Origin: Mytilus trossulus
Taxonomy: Eukaryota
Assembly (NCBI RefSeq): GCF_036588685.1
Contig: NC_086375.1
Span: forward strand, 59,582,001 to 59,646,000
Reading direction: 5' to 3'
Length of the DNA: 64,000 nt
The notes beneath the pieces were generated by a model. That model was not told the origin of the DNA, ran no database searches, and was given only the letters and a program-made list of their open reading frames with translations. Below are positions 50,501 through 61,593 of this stretch, one piece after another (the stretch's first letter is position 1; the number at the start of each line of letters is the position of its first letter). The position numbers and the translations under genes are program-made.

Positions 50501-53500
50501 CTCAATAAAATACAACAAAACGAAGATCACAAAGATATAAAACACGTCCATTATCACTGTACTATTATGCATATTTTTAGGGGTCAGCTGAAGGACACCT
50601 ACGGGTGCGGGAATTCTCGCTACATTGAAGACCCATTGGTTGCCTTCGGCTGCTGTCTGCTCTATGGTCGGGTGGTTGTCGCTTTGACATATTCACCATT
50701 TCCTTTCTCAATTTTTCTTCATATTTCAGGTTCGAATGAAATAGAATACAACGAGTTTGAAGAATACTACATGAAAACTTTCTGTTCTCAAAACAGAAAT
50801 GAACATAGTGATCTAATGGAAGCTTTTAAAACATTTGATAAAGATGGGAACGGATTCATAGATATAGACGAATTAAAGGATGCACTGCTGAACAAAGGGG
50901 AGGATCATTTAACAGATGAAGACTTTAAAGAAATGATAGCTGCTGTTGATATTGATGGAGATGGACTAGTTAACTATCAAGGTGTGTATTTATATTGTGT
51001 ATAAACATCCATGTGTAATCTCTAACATCTATTAACAAACCAGAAAATCGCTACAAAAATGTAATGCTCTCAGTAAAGGCAGTTAAATGTAACATGTCTG
51101 TCGAGTTTTCATTATGTTTCATTATGTTTGTTTGTCAATGTATTTGCCACAACCAAAATTGGTTTTTGTGTGTTTTGCAAATAAAGATATATATATCATA
51201 TCTTACACCCCTTACTGTAACACACAGTCCAAAGTCTGAGCGAAAATTGAAGAACACAGAACAAAACAGTGAAATTCACATAAATGTGCAATATAATACT
51301 GTACATTGATGGAAAATATAAAAACTATGTGTACAGTCTTTATATACAAGGCAAAACCGAGGCTCGTGAGTTTCTCCTGTTTCGTAGCGAGTTTTAAACC
51401 TTTTTGTATTTCAGACAATGTACATTATTGTTGTATCCTGTGTTTTACACCAAACACTCGAAGCTTTACTTGTTGAAATCCAAATATGACATAATGTGTC
51501 TCTGTTCTTTTTTTTTTTTTTAAGAAATCGACCAAGTTTAAACGCGGACTGAGATAAGGGCCCAAAAACGAACTGTCAAGCAATGGAAATATCCATGTCA
51601 TCTATATTATCGTTTGCTCAACATGTGGTTACTGGTCACTATTTTGTACAAGTATGAATAAAGCAAAAATATATATTGGTTATTTATACATTAATTGACT
51701 GCCCTGACATTTTCAAATGAATCGGACAACCCATTGTTAGGTTGCTGTCCCTAAATTGGTAATTTTAAGGAAATTTTACTGTTTTTGGTTATTATCTGAA
51801 ATATTATTATAGATAGAGATAAACTGTAAACAGCAATAATGTTCAGCAAAGTAAGATTTACAAATAAGTCAACATGACCGAAATGGTCAGTTGAACACTT
51901 TAGGAGTTATTGCCCTTTATAGTCATTTTTTAACCATTTTTCGTAAATCTTAGTAATCTTTTACAAAAATCTTCTACTCTGAAACAACTGGGCCAAATTA
52001 ATCCAAACTTGGCCACAATCATCATGTGGGTATTCAGTTTAAAAATGTGTGGCGTGACCCTGCCAACCAACCAAGATGGCCGCCATGGCTAAAATTAGAT
52101 CATAGGGGTAAAATGTAGATTTTGGCTTATAACTCTTAAACCAAACAATTTAGAGCAAATCTGACATAGGGTAAAAAAAAATGTATGCCCCACCTACGAT
52201 AGTAGAGGGGCATTATGTTTTCTGGTCTGCGCGTCTGTCCTTCCGTCCGTCCTTCCGTCTGTCTTTCCGTCTGTCCTTCCATCCGTCCTTCCGTCTGTCC
52301 TTCCATCCGTCATTCCGTCTGTCCTTCCGTCCGTTCGTTCGTTCATGTTAAAGTTTTTGGTCAAGGTAGTTTTTGATGAAGTTGAAGTCCAATCAACTTC
52401 AAACTTAGTACACATGTTCCCTATGATAAGATCTTTCTAATTTAAAATTGCCAAATTAGACTTTTGACCCCAATTTCATGGTCCACTGAACATATAAAAT
52501 GATAGTGCAAGTTTCAGGTTAAAGTTTTTGGTCAAGGTAGTTATTGATGAAGTTGAAGTCCAATCAACTTGAAACTTAGTACACATGTTCCCTATGATAT
52601 GATCTTTCTAATTTAATTGCCAAATTAGGCTTTTGACCCCAATTTCAGGGTCCACTGAACATAGAAAATGATAATGCAAGTTTCAGGTTAAAGTTTTTGG
52701 TCAAGGTAGTTTTTGATGAAGTTGAAGTCCAATTAACTTCAAACTTAGTACACATGTTCCCTATGATATGATCTTTCTAATTTATTTGCCAAATTAGACT
52801 TTTGACCCCAATTTCACGTTCCAATGAACATAGAAAATGATAGTGTTAGTTTCAGGTTAAAGTTTTTTGTCAAGGTAGTTTTTGATTTAGTTAAAGTCCA
52901 ATCAACTTGAAACTTGGTACACATATTCCTTTGGTTATGATTATTAAAATGCCAAATTAGATTTTTTTTATCCCAATTTCACGGTCCACTTAACATAGAA
53001 AATGATAATGCGAGTGGGGCATCCGTGTACTATGGACACATTCTTGTTAGGTCAAGTTCTATCTGCCCATAAATTTTCGGACAAATCGGACAACCCGTTG
53101 TTAGGTTGCTGCCCTGAATTTGTAATTTTAAGGAAATTTTGCAGTTTTTGCTTATTACCTTAAATATTATTATAGATAGAGATAAACTGTAAACAGCAAT
53201 AATGTTCAGAAAAGTAAGATCTACAAATAAGTCAACATGACCAAAATAGTCAGTTGACCCATTAAGGAGTTATTGCCATTTATAGTAAATTTTTCTAAAA
53301 TTTAAGTATTCTTTTAAAAAATCTTCTCCTCTGAAACTACTGGGCCAAATTTAACCAAACTTGCCCACAATCATCAATTGGGTATCTAATTTTAAAAAAT
53401 GTGTGGTGTGACCCTGCCATCCAACCAAGATGGCCGCCATGGCTAAAAATAGTTCAAAGGGGCGAAATGTAGATTTTGGCTTATATCTCTGAAACCAAAG

Positions 53501-54897
53501 CATTTAGAGCAAATCTGACAGGGGATACTTTGTTTATCAGGTCAAGATGTATTTGCCCTGAAATTTTCAGACAAAACAGACAACCTGTTGCCCCAGAATT
53601 AGTAATTTTAAGGAAATTTTGCAGTGTTTGGTTATTATCTTGAATATTATAATAGATGGAGGTAAACTGTAAAAGGCAAAAATGTTCAGCAAAGTAAGAT
53701 CTACAAATACGTCAACATGACCAAAATTGTCAGTTTATCCCTTAAGGAGTTATTGCCCTTTATAGTCAGTTTTTAACAATTTTTATAAATTTTTGTAAAT
53801 TTTTAGAATTCATTTTTCAGTGTAATTATTGGGCCAAGTTCATTATAGATAGAGATAATTGTAGCAAGAAGAATGTCCAGTAAGTAAGATCCACAAATAC
53901 ATCGTGATCACCAAAACACAATTTTGTCATGAATTTATCTGTGTCCATTGTTTAATATGCACATAGACCAAGGTGAGCGACACAGGCTCTTGAGAGCCTC
54001 TAGTTTCTGTATTTTGTTTTTCAGTTTGTTGTTGATCTTGTCGCCATCTTTTTGTTTGACTATAATATTTGTTTGTTTTCTTATGATTCATTTTTTTTTT
54101 TTAATTTTCTCTGTGATCATTCTACATATGACTATATGGTAGAAAACGATTGAACTACTACAAGGGGATTTTTAACAACCTTGGCTGCCAATAAAGGTCT
54201 AGATCCCTCGGCAGTTTGTAATGCCACAATCCGGTGAAAGACTCCGATTCATGAAACATTTTACAGTTAAATCCTTATCATTTACGAACGATACGCAGAT
54301 GTTGCGACATTACAACCTGTTGGTCAGTGGTTGTCGTTTGTTGATAGTGTTTATAAATGTTTCTCGTTTGTCGTTTTTCTTTTTCACTAGTCATTTCTTG
54401 GGACCTTTATGGCTTGCTTTTCTGTGTGAGCCAATGCTACGTGTTGAAGACCGTATTTTGACCTATAATGGTTTACTTTTACAAATTGTGACTTGGATTG
54501 CGAACTGTCTCATTGGCACTCAGACCAGCTCTTCTTATATCTAATAAACTAATGGAATTAATAATGTTATGTATAAGCCAAATATCTAACAAATCCATGA
54601 TTTCTTACATATAAAAGACAATATTCAAAAATATTTCTAAAGAATATTATTTCTATTACTTCGTCAAAATATCATTATATATTGCAACATTCAAGAAAAC
54701 GAAAAAGAAAAAGAAAATTTCTATTTGGTTGCTTTTGAAATGTAATGTTACTTTCACTGACAATATGTGTGAGATTCAATGGTAACATGGGAACAAAAGC
54801 AAAATTATTTATAAAAGCATGAATTGGTTATACTTTCTGATCTTTTTGTTTTTGCCTTTATATTTCAGAATTTGTCAATTTGATGAATCCACAGTGA
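41506..54897 (+). CDS. Calmodulin-like protein E, 152 aa: join(41506..41508,47760..47790,48987..49130,50730..50981,54869..54897)
   Basis: Exons of 3/31/144/252/29 bp, GT-AG. The ATG|gtaaga exon at 41506 is the best candidate but the least certain. Protein: MAAQLTEEQQQEIKEYFDIFDEDKSGKLSRVEVSGVVRGLGLNPTKDELEEMFQGIDKDGSNEIEYNEFEEYYMKTFCSQNRNEHSDLMEAFKTFDKDGNGFIDIDELKDALLNKGEDHLTDEDFKEMIAAVDIDGDGLVNYQEFVNLMNPQ*. AATAAA at 55071. Confidence 0.9.
42865..46207. mobile_element. Non-autonomous foldback DNA transposon with ~460-bp TIRs containing a 21-bp minisatellite and a 6-bp TSD (CTTTAA)
   Basis: Termini TATGGAACGCCACGACTGCC...GGCAGTCGTGGCGTTCCATA. CTTTAA is at 42859-42864 and 46208-46213. About 10-11 copies of cagcattatatgcagtgctca occur in each arm. 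Confidence 0.8.
44650..45613 (+). mobile_element. Non-autonomous Helitron copy (5'-degraded)
   Basis: Collinear with 49174-49909 and ends in a hairpin followed by CTAG|T. Confidence 0.7.
46390..47624 (+). mobile_element. Helentron/HINE-like element, same family as 51700-54003, with nested repeats
   Basis: Shares the aagatggccgccatggctaaa core and the end caaggtgagcgacacagg(t/c)tctt.agagcctctagtt. Confidence 0.65.
49174..49909 (+). mobile_element. Non-autonomous Helitron, 736 bp
   Basis: A|TC 5' end, subterminal hairpin ACCCGCGA-ta-TCACGGGT, CTAG|T 3' end, no TSD. Confidence 0.8.
51700..54003 (+). mobile_element. Helentron/HINE-like element with ~490-500-bp internal tandem units
   Basis: Repeated units start near 51726, 53090 and 53580. 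The terminal stem-loop AGGCTCT-tg-AGAGCCT is followed by ctagttt. Confidence 0.65.
52182..53048 (+). mobile_element. Nested HINE/DINE-1-like element: subterminal IR, (TCCG/TCTG)n microsatellite and 4 x ~170-bp tandem repeats
   Basis: atgccccac...ggggcat at the 5' end and gtggggcat near the 3' end. Microsatellite at ~52232-52343. Units start at 52347, 52518, 52687 and 52856. The host sequence resumes after 53048. Confidence 0.75.
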
Positions 54898-56928
54898 AAA
54901 GTGTTACAAAGGAAATGGGAATTTGGAACTTGCTTTGCAATCTACTTTTATAAATGTGCAAAACTGAATGAGAACGAAAGACGATATTGACAAAGATTTG
55001 TTTTCGTTATAGTATAAGTAGACTATTGATATTTGTTGTAATATTTATTTTGATTTAATTCTTGAATGAAAATAAATGTGAAGTTTTATCATTGAACGTG
55101 TTTTATTCAAACCACTATATATGTGTACCATTAGGCCGGTGGTGTGACAGCCAAAAGCACGAAAACTTTTAAAACCGCGGAACAAATACTTTATAGATAG
55201 CATAAAAAAATAAGAAAAAAAGAGAAAACTAACTTTCTTCTGTCTGTTAATGTTCCGTCATTGTGCTGGATTTTAGATACCATCGAGTCCGAACAAATTT
55301 TGCCGGTGTGGTTTAGACACAGTGTGGATAGGTCGTCTCAAAGACAAAAACCACGAAACATACTGGATTGGCGGTTATATACTGTTTTGACTTATATCTT
55401 ATGAATATCTATCAACCTACAAAATAAATAAATATATGTCTTTGTCATGTAATATTATTTCGTATGTATTTGAACGACATTTCATGTTGAATTGATTAAA
55501 AAAATACTGCAATCATTCTGCATCCTAACCCACTTTCTCTTTATTTTTTATGATTATGTTAGGCTTTCAACAAATATTTGCCGCATGCAAATAACGAGTA
55601 ATTTATTTGTGTAAAAGCTTTCATGAATTTTTTTAAAATTAATGAATAATTATAACTGAACCGTCCGTCCGTATCACACTTGCATGTGAACACGATCAAC
55701 CCGGTATTTTTTAACCAATCTTCACCTTTGTTGATGTACATATTCTATTTCTGGAGGGATAATCATATATTGTTTTTAAAGGTCGAAGGAAAATATCCCA
55801 TCTTTTTTTTCTTTTTTTTTTTTTATCAACGACGGACTTCTCCGCTGCAAGATATCTTATTAGAGTTGATGTTTTTTCTAGATGAATATTGAAAAAAAAT
55901 ATGATTGATCCATCGCACCAGCTCTTTCTCAAAAATATTTTTACAGTGTAGTGTACAACCAGTGAGACAAATAATATCAACATTATAGAAATTTCTACTA
56001 GCTCTAACTCAAAATATTGACAATTCTGTGTTAAGGGGGTGTAAAATTCAGTTTGACAGCTTCAGACGTGATAAAATTTGACCTTTTTGAACTGGACCAA
56101 ATCACTACTTTACATAAAGATTCAGCACCCAAATTTTTTAAACATGTAATTACATCCCCCTACTTAATATTTCATGCATTTAATATCAGGAAATAAATTG
56201 GGGAAAGTATATCAAATAAAACATGCAAGTTATACACTGTTTACACTAGGGACTATATTAGACAACGAAAACCAAAGGACGATAACTGTGTTCTTGGACC
56301 AACTGTAGCCGTAGGTGCCGAGAGTTGTTGAAAAGGTCTAAAAGAGGTTTCTCGACATCTTACGAATGGACGAAACTCTATGAACGTATCGTTATGGAGC
56401 AGTAATTTTGTTATAATAAAATCCATAATGAATGTCTATACACAGTGTGTATAAAAGACAACAGTTAACAACTTAATATCCTTTTTTGTAACCTTGCATT
56501 TTATTGTTGTCAATAAACATTCGTGTTCCAATTTATTTTCTGTTGTTGACTCTTTCGTTTTCTTACGTTGAGTTCCGTTTGTTGACATGTCGTATGTATA
56601 TACGTTCGATTTCTCTCACTTATCAATTCAAAAAGATTTGTATTTATAATGTCCTTGATTAAAAAATTCAACACATCTAGTTTGCAATTGGTTGATTGAT
56701 TGTTTGGTGTTTAACGTTCAATGGCAAATATTCCATTCATTTCATTGAGAAATTAGCGTTTGGTAAAGGATTGATTTAGTGATCGAGATAACACAACTTT
56801 AATATATTTCATATATCCACACGTCCCTTCTATGGGTCCAATCGGTTTGAGTTACTATGAGTTTCATTATTTCGTATCGGAGAGTATCTTGAATAGATAT
56901 GTCGTAACATAGCTTTTTTATTTCTAAT

Positions 56929-59794
56929 CAGTCAGGATCCTACTTCGTCAAAATTATCTCCCCATTACGCCAGTTCATTTTCACAATGGCAGAAATGGAA
57001 GCCATTGCAGCGATGACGCGCTACCAATTTTACTCATGGAAACCGATAAATTTATCCACATTGCACCAATACGATCCTTATATGTCAGTTATATTTTAAA
57101 AGACAAATGTATCAACTAGCTAATGAGCATCAGTTAATGATCTTGTCTGCATTGATTCAACTTAAAACTATTGTCTGATCGGTTGTCAGGTGGAATTTTC
57201 GGAAAAATCATAAACATTTAAAAAAATTCTAATTAAATATTTCGTGGAAGGGCAGACTAGATTTGTTTAGTGGTTGAAGACTATTAATTCTATTTATCAC
57301 ACACAAAAAATTAGAATTTTTCGAAGATATGCATTTTCATCATCCAACTTGTAAGACTGTCGTCAAGTACTTTCAGTTAAAAAATAGATATTCTCTGTTT
57401 TTATGACTCATTAGATAGGTATTTCACTTGACCCATATATTTCGTCTTTTAGTACTGTTATTCTTTTGTGTTATAAAGTCAACCTGTAGCTTTAATATAT
57501 AAAAATGATAGAATCTGAAGCGAGACGATGTATGAAATATTCTTACTTTGTACGATATCAAGACAAAATACTCAACTCAAACACGCCCTAACATAAAAAG
57601 GTGCACTCGATTCTCTCTTTTCGATACAATTGTTACCTATTTTTTGGAATTTTTTCTTTAGTCACATAATGGAAGGGCAGACACGAAAATTACTGAACTA
57701 ATAGATTGATATGTTTTCCGTCCGTGGTAATTTTTTCAAAAAATTCGGAGGTTATGCATTTTCGTCATCCAACTTGAAAGATACCCATGTCGTCGACTTG
57801 ATATATTATTGTTCTGCTTAACTATGTACTAGATAAATTAAAAACTTATGCAAATGGTGTTTTTGAAATAAAACACCTCGTTATTGAGAAGAAAATTGCA
57901 GTTTTGTTTGTTTCGATTAACTTTTAAAAAAATTGTCACTATAGTAAACAATACAGTAAACATTTATCGCCTTCTCTAAAAAAGAGTTTCGATTCTTTTG
58001 TTCTATTTCAACCTGGTTTCTGACTGTATTTAGTATATGTGAAAAAGGTAAATAAAGATTCATGTATATGGATCGAAAAGTATAGGATTTTTTTTTTATC
58101 TTAGCTAGAAGCTGATTAACGGTAAAAATTCTTTCGTGGACACGAGGTTAAATAAATATAGGAGTGAACGCCTTTCGATTTAAATTTGGAAAGAAAACAT
58201 CCCAATAAGTTCCGGGATAACTTCTTTGCCCTAACCACTAAAGTCAAAATGATCTCTTCTTATTGATATATATGGTTATAAATTGGTAGACTTAACAAGA
58301 AAAATAAAGGAAAATATTGAAATACATATTTAAACTTGTATATTGTGGTTTTTTTTTGTTATCATAGCCTTTCTTATTCTATGTGTGTATGTTTCCTCTA
58401 TAGTATAATTGTGAGTATATAAATATTTTTTTTCTTGTTTATTGTTTCCGTTAAGCTTCTATGGCATACTGTGCATATTTCCTTTATTTTTCATATTTCT
58501 CATTTTTCTTTTTAGTTAGGGGTGTAATATATAAAAATATATATTTTAATAACTATGTGACTACCAGTTGTGTTAGGGCTGTAGCACTCGTAGTACTTTC
58601 AACAAGAACACATAAAACTCTATTTCTAACGATAGATCGAGTGCACCTTTGAATTTCTTTAACTGATTTCCAATAAATATTACAGTCGGAAACCAGGTTG
58701 AAATAGAACAAAAGAATCGAAACTCTTTTTTAGAGAAGGCGATAAATGTTTACTGTATTGTTTACTATAGTGACAATTTTTTTAAAAGTTAATCGAAACA
58801 AACAAAACTGCAATTTTCTTCTCAATAACGAGGTGTTTTATTTCAAAAACACCATTTGCATAAGTTTTTAATTTATCTAGTACATAGTTAAGCAGAACAA
58901 TAATATATCAAGTCGACAACATGGGTATCTTTCAAGTTGGATGACGAAAATGCATAACCTCCGAATTTTTTGAAAAAATTACCACGGACGGAAAACATAT
59001 CAATCTATTAGTTCAGTAATTTTCGTGTCTGCCCTTCCATTATGTGACTGAAGAAAAAATTCCAAAAAATAGGTAACAATTGTATCGAAAAGAGAGAATC
59101 GAGTGCACCTTTTTATGTTAAGGCGTGTTTGAGTTGAGTATTTTGTCTTGATATCGTACAAAGTAAGAATATTTCATACATCGTCTCGCTTCAGATTCTA
59201 TCATTTTTATATATTAAAGCTACAGGTTGACTTTATAACACAAAAAAAATAACAGTACTAAAAGATGAAATATATGGGTCAAGTGAAATACCTATCTAAT
59301 GAGTCATAAAAACAGAGAAGGTGTGTTCGAATATCTATTTTTTTTACTTAAAGTACTTGACGACAGTCTTACAAGTTGGATGATGAAAATGCATATCTTC
59401 GAAAAATTCTAATTTTTTGTGTGTGATAAATAGAATTAATAGTCTTCAACCACTAAACAAATCTAGTCTGCCCTTCCACGAAATATTTAATTAGAAATTT
59501 TTTAATTGTTTATGATTTTTCCGAAAATTCCACCTGACAACCGATCAGACAATAGTTTTAAGTTGAATCAATGCAGACAAGATCATTAACTGATGCTCAT
59601 TAGCTAGTTGATACATTTGTCTTTTAAAATATAACTGACATATAAGGATCGTATTGGTGCAATATGGATAAATTTATCGGTTTCCATGAGTAAAATTGGT
59701 AGCGCGTCATCGCTGCAATGGCTTCCATTTCTACCATTGTGAAAATGAACTGGCGTAATGGGGAGATAATTTTGACGAAGTAGGATCCTGACTG
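56929..59794. mobile_element. Large palindromic (foldback) element: ~1.1-kb near-identical inverted arms around a ~650-bp spacer
   Basis: 56929-58028 is the reverse complement of 58681-59794 with few differences. Termini are CAGTCAGGATCC...GGATCCTGACTG, with AAT on both flanks. Confidence 0.9.
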
Positions 59795-60384
59795 AATAGT
59801 GATGTTGTCATCATGTTTATTAACATTTCTTGTACAATTACTGTCATATGATTAAATATTCTTCACTTAAATTTATAGATCAATAAGACTTTCGACTGTG
59901 TTGATTGAACAGTAAATTGTATATTATATATTATATAATATCAAATAAATATAATATGTATTTGATTCAAAATGTTTTTAAAAAAATCAAGCATGCATAT
60001 TTTACATGTAAAAGACATTTCAAAGGGAGGAAGAGCACAGCCGATAATCCAAAATTATAAGATAAATTACTGCTCCCTCTTTTCTCGTTACGGCAAGTTA
60101 CGTCAAGTTAGGGCGATTTTCGTTCGTTCGTAAGATGTTGAGAAACCTCTAATAAGATGTTAATACAACAGTGGTTGTAAGGCGGCATTATTAGCGAAGT
60201 TAGCGAAACCAGTAAAGATATATTCCGTCACTTTAAAATCATGGATGACATTGTTACTGCTATGTGATACAAGGAACGAAGTGAAATAACAATCTATTTT
60301 ATCAAGTTATTATGAACGTGCGTGTTAGTTTTGTTCTCGTTTTACATTATTTTAACTTGTTCTGTTTCTATTGATTTCTTCCCT

Positions 60385-60805
60385 CAGGAGTCGATTTCAC
60401 AAAAATACTTACGACTAACATAAAAAAAGATATGGTATGATTGCCAATGAGACAACTATCCACAAAAGACCAAAATGACACAGACATTAACAACTATAGG
60501 TCATCGTACGGCCTTCACCAATGAGCTAAGCCCATACCGCATAGTCAGTTATAAAAGGCGATAAGACAATATAAAACAATTCAAACGAGAAAACTAACGG
60601 CCTAATTTATGTAAAAAAAAATGATCGGAAAAACAAATTTGTAACACATAAATAAACGACAACCACTGAATTTACAGGCTCCTGACTTGGGACAGGCACA
60701 TACATAAAAATGTGGCGGAATTATAAGATTGGTCATAAGTCATGAATATTTCAGTATACTTACGACCAATCTAAGTCGTTAGTGTTTTTGTGAAATAGAC
60801 TCCTG
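60385..60805. mobile_element. MITE with a nested SINE-like insert
   Basis: TIRs caggagtcgatttcacaaaaa / tttttgtgaaatagactcctg. Confidence 0.65.
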
Positions 60806-61593
60806 AAGTTCACTTTAGAAACAAAACAAGTTATTCAACTAAAATGTAAAACGTAAACAAAACTAAAACATAACAAACAAAAAACGAAAACAATTACTTC
60901 ATGAATTTAAGAAACACTCATGTGTTTCAAGTAAAATATAATCCAAGTACATACTAACATTTTCAATCGGGAAATATTATAAAGTATTCATCAACACGTA
61001 GAGCAAACTAAAAGATACATTACATATTTATAAGACTTTTATTAACGTTTGACTTGAACGTCAAATGGCAATACTGCAAGCATGTTCAGGACGATGAACT
61101 TTTATAATTATATGTTATTTATAAAAAAAGATATTTATGGAAAACTATGAATTTGGATCGACACACGAACATTGACAGTTAAGCAAATATTTGTATAGGA
61201 ACCCTTTCAAAATTCGTACACGTTAACTTCTGAATAATGCCTGTTTTTGGACAGAGAATAAAAAGTTAACCACGAAGCCATTCAGTGCACCGGAGTTTGA
61301 GCATTCGTGGTGAATTCAAGTAAGCTCACAGGACGCACTAAATTTATAAAGTCACTCTATTTTCAAGCTATAAATATACTCATCATAGATACCAGGATTG
61401 AAATTTTAAATTCGAGCTATGAGCTGATGTCACTGCCAGCGGACTATTAATCTGCGAGGGTATCGTTAACACATAAGTCAGATATTTGCTACTGTCTCGA
61501 TTAATTATATACATTTTCATCATTATTCGCTGAAAAAATTTGCATATTATTCAGAAACATAGTTGTAAAAAAATGAGAATGGATATGGGAAAA

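Noticed and set aside
52194-52415. ORF with (TDGR)n repeats
   Set aside because: It is the antisense translation of a TCCG/TCTG microsatellite inside a HINE-like element.
13708-54897. Assigning the symbol CaM/CALM to any of the five genes
   Set aside because: All differ extensively from the near-invariant animal calmodulin sequence. Orthology cannot be set without a phylogeny.
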